Assembly: GCA_934132895.1 (NCBI GenBank)
Contig: CAKPAG010000004.1
Coordinates: 37,846-101,845 of the forward strand
Origin: an uncultured Clostridia bacterium
Lineage (GTDB): Bacteria; Bacillota; Clostridia; TANB77; CAG-465
DNA: 64,000 nucleotides
Reading direction: 5' to 3'
Shown: piece by piece, positions 22,635 through 32,522 of the stretch
Position numbering within the stretch: position 1 is the stretch's first letter
Layout: each line of letters starts with the position of its first letter
Position numbers and translations under genes: made by a program
Notes under the pieces: model-generated
What the model was told of the DNA's origin: nothing
What the model saw: the letters and a program-made list of their open reading frames with translations, nothing else
Databases searched by the model: none

Positions 22635-23018
22635 TTAGTTGTCTATTCTTTCAACTGATTCCTTAACAAGTTCTGATACTTTCTGATATATATAAGTTGA
22701 TACTCTCTCGTCTTCAGGTATTGCAATTTCTATACCGACTAATTCATTGAATATATCATTGCAATATTTCTTAGTAATTCTAGCTCTTGATGTATAGTCT
22801 TTAATTATAGTATAAATATCAAACTCATAATCTTTATTGTTTGTAGTATTTATCTCAAGAATTACTTGTGGAGGATCTCCTTTAATAACAAAACTACCAT
22901 TACCACCCGTAATGGCACCACTTGGAGTCCGATTACCTTTCACGCCTTGTTTGATATAAGAAGGCGTAGAAGGAACATAATCATAATTAATAATTGTTGC
23001 TGTAAGTTCTTTATTCAT
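22635..23018 (-). CDS. Hypothetical small protein, paralog A of a tandem pair
   Basis: 127 aa. Same conserved core as 22265..22618, with an extra Gly-rich insertion (GVKGNRTPSGAITGGNGSF). Confidence 0.5.
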   Translation of the reverse strand: MNKELTATIINYDYVPSTPSYIKQGVKGNRTPSGAITGGNGSFVIKGDPPQVILEINTTNNKDYEFDIYTIIKDYTSRARITKKYCNDIFNELVGIEIAIPEDERVSTYIYQKVSELVKESVERIDN

Positions 23019-23237
23019 AGAACATACCTCCTCTTAATTTAATTAAATTTTATTAATATATTATTAATATGCAATAAGTATATCACACAATCTAAATTAT
23101 GTCAATTTTTCATTTGAACTTTGACTATTTTGATGCAAAATTAGTTATATGAGTGAATATGAAATTTAAGAATACAATAATTACATATTGCTAATTTGTA
23201 ATTTATTTGTTATAATTTTTTTAAAGAGAGGTAACAT

Positions 23238-24503
23238 ATGGAAGAGGGAATAAACGCTCAAAAATCAAAAGTAAATGTAGCAATATATAAAAAATATAAG
23301 TTGTTTTCTTATGATTTACTTTTTTATTATGCTATTGAAGTGTTATTTTTTACTATAGTAAAAAAGTTTTCAGTAGCAGATATAATGTATCTTAGTTCTA
23401 TATATACTATTTCTGGTTTCTTTTGGCAATTAATAGGCGGAAGTATAGTAGAAAAGCTAGGATTAAAAAAATCGATTGTAGTTGGAAATATATTTGTAGC
23501 ATTTAGTATATTTCTATACATTATTTCTAATACATTTTATATGTATGCTATAGCTAACTTCTTCTTAGCACTTGGATATTCTTTAAAAAGTTTATCAGAA
23601 GGTAGCCTTTTATATACTTCTTTAAAGAAATTAGATAGAAGAAAAGAATTTGCTAAAATTGAAGGAAGAGCTAATGCTAAGTATTATTATTTTGACGCTA
23701 TATCTTCAGTACTTTCTGGTTTTTTGTTTGTAGTAAATGGATATTTACCATTTATCCTCTCTTTTGTATGTGCTTTAATTAGCCTAATAATCTCTTTTAA
23801 ATTCAAAGATTTAAAAGAAGAGAAAGACTATGAAGAAAGTTTAAGTTTAAAAGAAACTTTAAGAGCAACGAAAGAAGTAATATCTAGCAAAAGAAGTAAA
23901 GCAATTTTAATTTTTGCTTTTGCATTTTGGGGAATGATTTCAGTTGTAAATACATTATACAAAGCTATATTATTAGATATTGGAATTAAAGAAGAATATA
24001 GCACAATTATTGTAGCTATTGTGACAATCTTTGTTGGTTTAGGAGCAAGATGTGTAAATGGAATAGAAAAAAGATTAAAAAATAAAACATTGACTACATT
24101 TGTATATTTCTTTTTTATTTCATCAATCATGCTTGGAATTCTAGGAATATATAGTAAGTTAAATTTAACTACTCTATCATTTATACTTATTTCTTTATGT
24201 ATTATTGGAATAGTACAAGGAGCATATAGAGTGGCAATAAAAAAATATGTGCTAAGTTTTACAAATCACAATATACGAATAAAAATAACGTCTGCATATT
24301 ATGTTTTTGAAAATTTAGGAAAGGCAATTACTCTTTTTGTAAGTGGACTTATGCTTGAAATTATGAATAATTCTGTGACTTGTTTAGTATTTTCATTATT
24401 AAGTTTTGTAATTATGATTTTAGTATTAAACTATTTAAAAGGAAAACTTGGATTAAAACCTGAAGAGTATAGTAAAAGAGATATTAATTATACCAAAATT
24501 TAA
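23238..24503 (+). CDS. MFS-type transporter (12 TM), substrate unknown
   Basis: 421 aa, with predicted helices spanning the whole length. Confidence 0.6.
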   Translation: MEEGINAQKSKVNVAIYKKYKLFSYDLLFYYAIEVLFFTIVKKFSVADIMYLSSIYTISGFFWQLIGGSIVEKLGLKKSIVVGNIFVAFSIFLYIISNTFYMYAIANFFLALGYSLKSLSEGSLLYTSLKKLDRRKEFAKIEGRANAKYYYFDAISSVLSGFLFVVNGYLPFILSFVCALISLIISFKFKDLKEEKDYEESLSLKETLRATKEVISSKRSKAILIFAFAFWGMISVVNTLYKAILLDIGIKEEYSTIIVAIVTIFVGLGARCVNGIEKRLKNKTLTTFVYFFFISSIMLGILGIYSKLNLTTLSFILISLCIIGIVQGAYRVAIKKYVLSFTNHNIRIKITSAYYVFENLGKAITLFVSGLMLEIMNNSVTCLVFSLLSFVIMILVLNYLKGKLGLKPEEYSKRDINYTKI

Positions 24504-24521
24504 AGTTAGGAGGAGATAAAT

Positions 24522-24740
24522 TTGGAAAGTATAAATTTAAAAGTAAATGGAATGCACTGTAGTGGCTGTGAATCAAGAATAAAAAATTCATTAGAAAGTA
24601 TAAAAGGAATAAAGAAAATAAAGGCTAGTCATAAAAGCGGTACTGTAGATATTTCATATGATGCAGGTAATATTTCTTTAGATGATATAAAAGAAAATAT
24701 TGAAGATTTAGGCTTTGAAGTAGTAGAGCAAGGAAAGTAA
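24522..24740 (+). CDS. copZ: Copper chaperone CopZ (heavy-metal-associated domain)
   Basis: 72 aa. GMHCSGCESRI contains the MxCxxC metal-binding motif. TTG start after AGGAGG. Confidence 0.85.
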   Translation: MESINLKVNGMHCSGCESRIKNSLESIKGIKKIKASHKSGTVDISYDAGNISLDDIKENIEDLGFEVVEQGK

Positions 24741-24743
24741 AAA

Positions 24744-26951
24744 TTGAAAAAAGTAATATTAAAAATCGAGGGAATGACCTGCAGTGCTTGTTCTAATGGA
24801 TTAGAAAAATATTTAAACAAACAAGTTGGAGTAAAAAATGCCGTTGTAAATCTAATAATGAATAATGCAAGTATCGAGTATGAAGAAGATAAAATTGATA
24901 TTAAAAAAATAGAAGAGTATATAAAAAAAGCGGGCTTTAAAAGTTTAGGTATTGATGATTTAAAAGGAGAAGAAAAGAAGGGGAAAAAGGAAAAGAACAA
25001 TGTTATACTAATTGGAATAATCTTTGTTTTGACTATGTATATATCAATGACAAATATGTTAGGCTTAAGTCAGATATCTATTTTAAACATGCATCAAAAC
25101 CCAGTTCTGTTTTCAGTAACACTTTTTTTGCTTGCAACAATAGTATTATGTTTAGCTAGAGACATATTAAAAAATGGATATAAAAATCTGATACATGGTA
25201 CTCCTAATATGGATACTTTGGTTGCACTTGGATTGCTTAGTAGCTATATATATAGTGTATATAATACGTATATGGTACTAAGAGGGGGAGCAATGTATGC
25301 TCATAACCTATATTTTGAAGCGGTAGTTATGATAGTCTTTTTTGTAAAACTAGGAAAACAAATAGAAACTAGAAATAAAGACAAAAGTAAAGAAACTTTA
25401 AAAGGACTTGTAACTATTACACCTCAAAATGCAACCTTAATAATAGATGAAAAAGAGAAAGTTGTAACAATTGATGAGATAAAAAAAGGTGATAGAATTA
25501 TCTGCAAACCTGGTGAGAAAATTTCAGTAGATGGAAAGATAGTATCTGGACTAACGCATGTTGATGAGTCTTTTATAACAGGAGAAAGCAAACCTGTTTT
25601 AAAGAAGGAAAATGACAATGTTATAGCTGGAAGTATAAATTATGAGGGAAGTATCATATATGAAGCAGAAAAAATAGGTAAAGATTCAACAATATCAGAA
25701 ATTGTAAAAATGGTATATGAAGCTACTAATACTAAAGTACCTATAGCTAAAGTGGCGGATAAAATAAGTGGAATATTTGTACCAGCTATCATTATAATAG
25801 CTATTGTTTCATTTTTGTTAAGTTTTATATTATACAAAAACTTTGCTCAAAGTATTAATATTTTTGTATCAGTATTAGTAGTTGCATGTCCTTGTAGTTT
25901 AGGACTTGCTACACCACTTTCTGTTATTATAGCAAGTACTGAGGCAAATAAAAAAGGTATAGTTATAAAACAAAGTGAAGTACTAGAAAATGCAGCCAAA
26001 ATATCAACAGCAATTTTTGATAAAACCGGTACATTAACAAAAGGTACTTTAACTGTATCAAAAATATATAACTATACTGAGTTTGATGAAAATGAAATAT
26101 TAGAAATACTAGCAAGTGGAGAAAAAAAATCTTCACATCCAATAGCATTAGCAATAGTAAATTTTGCTAAAGAAAAAAATATTAAACTTAAAACTTTAGA
26201 AGAATTTGAAGAAATTCCAGGCAAGGGTATAGTTATAAAAATAGAGGGAAATAAATATTATATAGGTAATAAAAAACTACTTGAAGAAAATAATATTAAC
26301 TTAATAAATGAAAAAGATTTAGATAATGTTTTAAAAGAGGGAAATAGTATAGTATTTCTAGCAAATGAAAGTAAAGTGTTGGCTTTAACTTGCGTAAAAG
26401 ATGTTTTAAAAGAAAGTACTAAAGATGTTATTTTAAAACTAAAAAAAGAAAATATACATCCAGTAATGCTTACTGGTGATAATGAAAAAACTGCAAAAGT
26501 TATAGCAGATGCTGCTGGAATAGAAAGCGTTGTTGCAAATGTAAGTCCTAAAAGAAAATCTGAAGTAGTTAAGGAGTATAAACAAAAAGGTATTACCTTA
26601 ATGTGTGGCGATGGAATAAATGATAGTGTGGCTTTAAATTATGCTGATGTAGGAGTATCTTTCTTTAATGGTACTGATATAGCTGTAAATAGCAGTAATG
26701 TCATTTTAATGACAGATAATCTAGAAAGAATACTTGACCTTATTCTCTTAAGCAAAAAAACATTAAAAAATATAAAACAAAACTTGTTTTGGGCTTTTAT
26801 ATACAATACTTTAATGATACCTGTTGCCATGGGACTATTTTCTAAATTTGGAATTGTATTAAATCCAATGATTGCATCTTTTGCAATGACAATTAGTAGT
26901 TTGACTGTTGTTTTAAATTCATTAAGGCTTAGAAAAATTTGGAAAAAATAA
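24744..26951 (+). CDS. copA: Copper-translocating P-type ATPase CopA
   Basis: N-terminal HMA (GMTCSACSNGL), CPC motif in the TM region (ACPCSLGLATP), DKTGTLT phosphorylation site and GDGINDS. TTG start 3 nt after copZ. Confidence 0.9.
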   Translation: MKKVILKIEGMTCSACSNGLEKYLNKQVGVKNAVVNLIMNNASIEYEEDKIDIKKIEEYIKKAGFKSLGIDDLKGEEKKGKKEKNNVILIGIIFVLTMYISMTNMLGLSQISILNMHQNPVLFSVTLFLLATIVLCLARDILKNGYKNLIHGTPNMDTLVALGLLSSYIYSVYNTYMVLRGGAMYAHNLYFEAVVMIVFFVKLGKQIETRNKDKSKETLKGLVTITPQNATLIIDEKEKVVTIDEIKKGDRIICKPGEKISVDGKIVSGLTHVDESFITGESKPVLKKENDNVIAGSINYEGSIIYEAEKIGKDSTISEIVKMVYEATNTKVPIAKVADKISGIFVPAIIIIAIVSFLLSFILYKNFAQSINIFVSVLVVACPCSLGLATPLSVIIASTEANKKGIVIKQSEVLENAAKISTAIFDKTGTLTKGTLTVSKIYNYTEFDENEILEILASGEKKSSHPIALAIVNFAKEKNIKLKTLEEFEEIPGKGIVIKIEGNKYYIGNKKLLEENNINLINEKDLDNVLKEGNSIVFLANESKVLALTCVKDVLKESTKDVILKLKKENIHPVMLTGDNEKTAKVIADAAGIESVVANVSPKRKSEVVKEYKQKGITLMCGDGINDSVALNYADVGVSFFNGTDIAVNSSNVILMTDNLERILDLILLSKKTLKNIKQNLFWAFIYNTLMIPVAMGLFSKFGIVLNPMIASFAMTISSLTVVLNSLRLRKIWKK

Positions 26952-27025
26952 ATTAAGGACAAAAATGACAGGCAAAAATATTAAGAAAAAGCATAAATTA
27001 TACTAAAAGTTTGGGGGTATAGTTT

Positions 27026-27715
27026 ATGCTTAGTTTTTTAAGTAATATATTATCATATATCTTTTGCCTTTTTGGGTATATTTCAAGTAATAATCTTTTT
27101 CCTGAACCATTAAGCAAGTCAGAAGAAGAATATTATTTAAAAAAATATTTTGAAGGAGATAAAGAAGCTAAAAATAAATTAATAGAACATAATTTAAGAT
27201 TGGTGGCACACGTTGCTAAAAGATATGCTTCAAATGAACAAGAGCTAGAAGAACTGATTTCTATAGGAACTATTGGCCTTATAAAAGCCATAAATAGTTT
27301 TAGCTCAGACAAAGGATTTAAGATAAGTACATATGCTAGTAAGTGCGTAGAAAATGAAATACTTATGAGTATAAGGTCAAATAAAAAATTAAAATCAGAA
27401 GTTTCAATGAATACAATTATTGGAACAGACAAAGATGGCAATGATATGGAACTTTTAGAAACATTAGATTCTGGAAGTGAAGATACTGTTGAAAAAATAT
27501 ATAACAAAATAATGTCCGAAGAAGTAAAAAGATATATTGACACTAAACTTCCTGAAAGAGAAAGATATATTATGAAGTTAAGGTATGGAATTGGAGGAGA
27601 AAAAATGAAAACCCAACAAGAAATTGCTGATGAACTCGGAATATCTAGGTCATATGTATCAAGAATAGAAACAAAAGTACAAAACAAATTAAAAAAATAT
27701 ATAAAATGGGAGTAA
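27026..27715 (+). CDS. sigK: Sporulation sigma factor SigK (pro-sigma-K, uninterrupted)
   Basis: 229 aa. Hydrophobic pro-sequence then NNLFPEPLSKSEEEYYL...LIEHNLRLVAHVAKRY...GISRSYVSRIE, closely matching B. subtilis sigma-K. No intervening (skin-like) element. Confidence 0.85.
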   Translation: MLSFLSNILSYIFCLFGYISSNNLFPEPLSKSEEEYYLKKYFEGDKEAKNKLIEHNLRLVAHVAKRYASNEQELEELISIGTIGLIKAINSFSSDKGFKISTYASKCVENEILMSIRSNKKLKSEVSMNTIIGTDKDGNDMELLETLDSGSEDTVEKIYNKIMSEEVKRYIDTKLPERERYIMKLRYGIGGEKMKTQQEIADELGISRSYVSRIETKVQNKLKKYIKWE

Positions 27716-27831
27716 ATAAAGAATTAAACATTTTCATTTAATTTTCATATAACTCTCATATAATTCACATTAAAAAAGTATATACTAAACCTAGTGGTAT
27801 AAAAAATAAAATATACAAGGAGATGATTTTA

Positions 27832-29667
27832 GTGAAAAAAAGTATAAAAAACATAAGCATAAGTTTATTATCAATACTTATGATAGTTGCAATAATTGTT
27901 ACAATAAACTTAGCCAAAGGAACTAATAAAATGACAGAGGGCAGTAATACTCCACCAGAAATGCCACAGGGAGAGATTCCAAATAGTCAAAATGGTCAGA
28001 ATATGCCAAGTGGAAGTACGGAAACTCCACCAGAGAAACTATCAGGAGATAATAACAAAAATAATCAAAACAATCAAAATGATGGTACTACTCAAGATAA
28101 TAGTAATAACATGACACCACCTAGTATGCCACAAGGAAATGGAAGTAATCAAAATGGTATGCAACCTATGAATAATATGGAAAGTATGAATGGTGAAGAT
28201 AATCAGATTTCATCATATTACTATGTTGCATTTGGAATAGAAGGATGTATTTTAGCACTTTCTTTAATGTATTTGGTTATGTCTAACTTAAATAATAAAT
28301 CATTTAAAGAAACGTTTTCATCTAGTGACAAAACCGTTATATATCTACTAGCAGTTACTGTAATAACAATTATACTAGTATTTGTAGCCTCTAGTGTTAC
28401 TAAAAATTTAAATAGTGATGAAACATCTAACGGTAATCCAAGTAACATGCCTATGGGGCAAAATTCAAATAGTAATATAACTTATTCTTCGGTTAAGGAA
28501 GTTACAGAAGATGAAGATATAACAAGCGGTAACTTTGAAAGTAGTGAAAAAGATCAGAATGCATTAGGAGTAAATGGAGAAGTAAATGCAAATATATCAG
28601 GTGTAACTGTTAATAAAACAGGAGATTCTGATGGAGGAGATAATACTAGTTTTTACGGTACTAATTCAGCTATTATTGCAAGAGGAAAAGCAAATCTTAT
28701 TTTAAAAAATATAGAAGTTACAACAAATGCTACAGGTGCTAACGGAGTATTTTGTTATGGAGGTTCAGCTACTACAAATAATCAAAGTGGTGATGGTACT
28801 AAAATTGTAATAAGTGATTCTAAAATAACAACTACTAAAGACAATTCTGGCGGAATTATGACCACTGGAGGCGGAGAAATGGAGGCTTCTAATTTAGAGA
28901 TAAATACAGCAGGAGTGTCAAGCGCAGCTATTAGAACAGATAGAGGCGGTGGTAATGTAACAGTAAATGGTGGTACATATACTACAACAGGTCAAGGTTC
29001 TCCTGCCATATATTCCACAGCTAATATAAAAGTTAGTGACGCAAGTTTAATTTCGAAAGCATCAGAAGGAGTAGTAATTGAAGGAAAGAATTCTGTTTCA
29101 TTAACAAATTGTAAATTAGTAGATAGTAATACTAAATTAAATGGTCAGTCAACAACATACAAAAATATATTTTTGTATCAGTCTATGAGCGGCGATGCTG
29201 CAGAAGGAACATCTTCATTTGTAGCTAAAGATAGTGAAATTACAACAAATAATGGAGATTTACTTTATGTTACAAATACAACTGCAACAATTACTTTAGA
29301 AAATAACAAATTAGTAAATAATGATGAAAATGGAAATTTCTTAAGAGTACAAAAAGACTCTTGGGGAAATAGTGGTAGTAATGGAGGAGAAGTTACTTTA
29401 AATTTAAAAAATCAAGAGGCTAAAGGAAGCATTGTAATTGATAGTATATCAACTCTAGTTATGAATGTTACTGATAATTCATATTATGAAGGAACAATAA
29501 ACAACGAAAATCAAGCTAAAAGTATAAGCTTAAAACTAGATAGTTCTTCAAAGATAAAACTAACTAAGGATACATATGTGTCTTCATTTGAAGATGAAGA
29601 TAGTTCATATAGCAATATAGATTTTAATGGATACAAGCTATACGTAAATGGTAAAGCAATAAATTAG
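27832..29667 (+). CDS. Membrane protein with a Pro/Gln/Asn-rich low-complexity region, a second TM and a probable extracellular beta-helix repeat domain (DUF4097/adhesin-like)
   Basis: Start chosen at the GTG at 27832, 9 nt after AAGGAG. Repeated MPQG motifs; a TM at YYYVAFGIEGCILALSLMYLV; then Gly/Thr/Asn-rich repeats typical of parallel beta-helix proteins. Confidence 0.5.
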   Translation: MKKSIKNISISLLSILMIVAIIVTINLAKGTNKMTEGSNTPPEMPQGEIPNSQNGQNMPSGSTETPPEKLSGDNNKNNQNNQNDGTTQDNSNNMTPPSMPQGNGSNQNGMQPMNNMESMNGEDNQISSYYYVAFGIEGCILALSLMYLVMSNLNNKSFKETFSSSDKTVIYLLAVTVITIILVFVASSVTKNLNSDETSNGNPSNMPMGQNSNSNITYSSVKEVTEDEDITSGNFESSEKDQNALGVNGEVNANISGVTVNKTGDSDGGDNTSFYGTNSAIIARGKANLILKNIEVTTNATGANGVFCYGGSATTNNQSGDGTKIVISDSKITTTKDNSGGIMTTGGGEMEASNLEINTAGVSSAAIRTDRGGGNVTVNGGTYTTTGQGSPAIYSTANIKVSDASLISKASEGVVIEGKNSVSLTNCKLVDSNTKLNGQSTTYKNIFLYQSMSGDAAEGTSSFVAKDSEITTNNGDLLYVTNTTATITLENNKLVNNDENGNFLRVQKDSWGNSGSNGGEVTLNLKNQEAKGSIVIDSISTLVMNVTDNSYYEGTINNENQAKSISLKLDSSSKIKLTKDTYVSSFEDEDSSYSNIDFNGYKLYVNGKAIN

Positions 29668-29744
29668 TAAAAAAAAATTAAAACTTAGAATTTACTAGGT
29701 TTTAATTTTTTTATATCATACTTTATATTTAAAAATACAAAAAA

Positions 29745-29803
29745 TTTACGGTACACCGTAAAAACATATTAAAATTATAAAAAGTTTACGCTGTAGCGTA
29801 AAA
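29745..29803. promoter_or_regulatory. Pair of related perfect palindromes (TTTACGGTACACCGTAAA and TTTACGCTGTAGCGTAAA), 40 bp apart, upstream of hflX
   Basis: Seen directly in the sequence at 29745-29762 and 29785-29802. Arms TTTACG(G/C)..(C/G)CGTAAA. Candidate operator sites. Confidence 0.35.
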
Positions 29804-29877
29804 AGATGACAAAAATGCAATAGTATAGTATAATATTTTAGTAATAAATTTATCATAATAAAAAGGAGAAAATATAT

Positions 29878-31146
29878 ATGTTTGAAAATAAAGAGGAAAA
29901 TGAAAAAGCAGTCATTGTTGGTGCAAATATAAATGAAAAATATTTTGAAGTGAAACTAGAAGAGTTAAAAGAATTAGCTCTTGCTTGTGATATAGATGTT
30001 GTTCATACAATTACCCAAAATTTAGAGCATATAAATTCAGCGTTATATATAGGGACAGGAAAGGTAGAAGAAGTAAAAGAATATATAGCCAATAATCATG
30101 TAGATTTAGTTATTTTTGACAATGAACTTTCACCATCACAAATAAAAAATCTACAAAATGTTTTAGATATAAGAATTCTAGATAGGACAGCTTTGATATT
30201 ACAAATATTTGCAAGGAGAGCGAAAACTAAAGAGGCAAAATTGCAAGTAGAAGTCGCTTCTTTAGAATATATGTTACCAAGACTTGTAGGTCTAAACTCA
30301 TCTCTTGGTAGACAAAGTGGAAAAAGTGGTTTTAGTAATAAAGGAACTGGGGAAAAACAAATAGAACTTGATAGAAGAAAAATAGAAGCTCGTTTAGTAG
30401 AATTAAATAAAGAACTTAAAAACATTGAAAACGAAAGAAAAATTCAAAGGAGAAAAAGAGAGGTATCAGATATTCCACTTGTATGTTTGGTAGGGTACAC
30501 TAACGCTGGAAAATCAACAATTCTTAATATGTTAATTGAAAAATATATGAAAGATGAAAGCAAAAAGGTATTAGAAAAAGATATGCTTTTTGCAACCTTA
30601 GATACCTCAGTAAGAAAAATAACTGTAGAAAATAACAAAACTTTTTTGCTTTCTGATACAGTTGGATTTGTAAGTAATATTCCACATAATTTGATAAAAG
30701 CTTTTAGGTCAACGCTAGAAGAAGTAAAAAAAGCTTCACTTTTAGTTCATGTAGTAGATTATTCAGATGAAAATTACTTAAAAAATATAGAAGTAACAAA
30801 TAATACATTAAAAGAAATTGGTGCAGAAAATATACCAATTATATATGCTTTTAATAAATCTGATCTTATGCATATAAAAATCCCGAAGGTAGAAGAAGAT
30901 ATTGTATATATGTCTGCCTCAAATAAAATTGGAGATATTGAGTTAATTGAACTAATATCTAAAAAAGTATTTGGCGATTATATTAAAACGAAGATGTTAA
31001 TACCATATGATAAAGGAAATATTTACTCATATTTAAAACAAAATGCTATTATTGAAAAGACAGAATATATTGAAGAGGGAACAATGCTCATTTTAAAAGT
31101 AAAAGAGAAAGATTATAACAAATATAAAGAATATGTATTAAATTAA
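29878..31146 (+). CDS. hflX: GTPase HflX
   Basis: 422 aa. G1 motif GYTNAGKST, DTVGF, NKSD, and an HflX-type N-terminal domain. Confidence 0.9.
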   Translation: MFENKEENEKAVIVGANINEKYFEVKLEELKELALACDIDVVHTITQNLEHINSALYIGTGKVEEVKEYIANNHVDLVIFDNELSPSQIKNLQNVLDIRILDRTALILQIFARRAKTKEAKLQVEVASLEYMLPRLVGLNSSLGRQSGKSGFSNKGTGEKQIELDRRKIEARLVELNKELKNIENERKIQRRKREVSDIPLVCLVGYTNAGKSTILNMLIEKYMKDESKKVLEKDMLFATLDTSVRKITVENNKTFLLSDTVGFVSNIPHNLIKAFRSTLEEVKKASLLVHVVDYSDENYLKNIEVTNNTLKEIGAENIPIIYAFNKSDLMHIKIPKVEEDIVYMSASNKIGDIELIELISKKVFGDYIKTKMLIPYDKGNIYSYLKQNAIIEKTEYIEEGTMLILKVKEKDYNKYKEYVLN

Positions 31147-31164
31147 AAATATTAACTAAAATTA

Positions 31165-31193
31165 TTGACATGCTAAAGTTTGAGTGTTATAAT
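31165..31193 (+). promoter_or_regulatory. sigma-A promoter (TTGACA -17 nt- TATAAT)
   Basis: TTGACA at 31165-31170 and TATAAT at 31188-31193, upstream of the 31252 ORF. Confidence 0.55.
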
Positions 31194-31251
31194 TTCGTAG
31201 TAAATAAATTACTAAAATATAAAATTAATATTTTTTAAAGGAGGAATTATT

Positions 31252-32043
31252 ATGAATAATTCTAATTTTTATTTTAAATCCCGGGTCGAGTATTTAAAGG
31301 AAATGCCAAAGGATGAAGGTTTTTATGAATATTTAGCTGATTCATATGATTATGAGAAAGAAAGAGTGTTAGCTGATATAAAAGATGAAGATGAACTTTT
31401 GGAAATGGCATTAGACTATAATTTAAGGCTTGATACTGATTTCTTGGAGAAGGTAATAGATAAAATTACTTCTGAAGAAAAGTTACTTGATATTGTAAAT
31501 AAAGCTTATGCTGAAGAGTGTAGAAAATATGCTTTAAGCAAAATATCTAATCAGAAAATATTGGAAAAAATAGCTTTAGAAGATAAAAGATGGGGAATGA
31601 AGTTTGATGCCATAAAAAGATTAGAAAGTAAGGAAGTACTTGAAAAAATAGCTGAAAATGATAAAGATTTTGATATAAAGGTACTTGCTTTAAAGAGGCT
31701 TATAGGCGAAGGAGAAAAAACTGGTTTTAAAGACGAAATTATATTAGATTTAGTTGAAAAAACCACCAATCAAAAAATATTGGCAAATTTTGCTCAAAAG
31801 GACTCTTATATACAAGTTCGAAGTGTAGCTTTAAAAAGATTAACTGATAAAGAACTTTTGAAAGAAGTAATATCTAGTTATATCGGTGTTGAAAATGAAA
31901 AAGATGATTTCTGGATTTTAATTTTTTCAAAAATACAAGAATTAGATAATCAAGTTGCTTGTGATTTAATAAAAAATATAAAGAAAAAATCAGAGGATTG
32001 GTATATTAAAAGATTGTGTGATGACATGTTGAAAAACGTGTAA
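31252..32043 (+). CDS. Hypothetical protein with HEAT/PBS-lyase-like helical repeats
   Basis: 263 aa. Repeated units of about 30 aa (..ILEKIA..D....V...ALKRL..). Confidence 0.45.
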   Translation: MNNSNFYFKSRVEYLKEMPKDEGFYEYLADSYDYEKERVLADIKDEDELLEMALDYNLRLDTDFLEKVIDKITSEEKLLDIVNKAYAEECRKYALSKISNQKILEKIALEDKRWGMKFDAIKRLESKEVLEKIAENDKDFDIKVLALKRLIGEGEKTGFKDEIILDLVEKTTNQKILANFAQKDSYIQVRSVALKRLTDKELLKEVISSYIGVENEKDDFWILIFSKIQELDNQVACDLIKNIKKKSEDWYIKRLCDDMLKNV

Positions 32044-32049
32044 AAATAA

Positions 32050-32089
32050 AAAAGCTTTAAGGGTTAAAATAACCTTTAAAGCTTTTTTT
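32050..32089 (+). terminator. Rho-independent terminator
   Basis: AAAAGCTTTAAGGGTTA ... TAACCTTTAAAGCTTTTTTT. Confidence 0.65.
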
Positions 32090-32153
32090 GGTTATAAAAT
32101 CTAAAAATATTTTTAATTTAAAAATTCATAAACTAAAAAAATATACAAATAAT

Positions 32154-32522
32154 ATGAATATGATATATTTTATTGGAATTTTAGTTGGACTTTTAAATGG
32201 TCTTTTTGCATCAGGTGCAGGCCAGATTTTGGTTTTTTATTTAATTTTTATTTTAAAAAAAGATACTCATATGTCACGTGCATTAAGTGTTTCACTTCTT
32301 TCTATTTCAAGCATATTTGCAATATTTGGATATTCAAAGCTTGTAGATTTAAAGATTGATATAATTATAACACTTATATTTATTGCAATTGTTTCTGGGC
32401 TGATAGGTACAAAGTTAATGAAAAAAATTCCTGCAGATATTTTAAACTTGATTTCAGGAGTTTTAATAGTGTCACTTACAATATATAAAATGATATCACG
32501 GAGGTGTTTGATTTGTATTTGA
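32154..32522 (+). CDS. TSUP (TauE/SafE, DUF81) family transporter, 4-TM N-terminal half
   Basis: Gly-rich motif LLNGLFASGAGQILV. About 122 aa from the ATG at 32154. Overlaps the next ORF by 19 nt in a different frame. Confidence 0.5.
   Translation: MNMIYFIGILVGLLNGLFASGAGQILVFYLIFILKKDTHMSRALSVSLLSISSIFAIFGYSKLVDLKIDIIITLIFIAIVSGLIGTKLMKKIPADILNLISGVLIVSLTIYKMISRRCLICI

Noticed and set aside
29745-29803. Palindromes upstream of hflX considered as intrinsic terminators of the 27832..29667 gene
   Set aside because: A separate hairpin (about 29672-29700) lies closer to the stop codon. The palindromes have short AT-rich stems and no T-tract on the plus strand. Operator sites seem more likely. 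Kept as a finding, not a terminator call.
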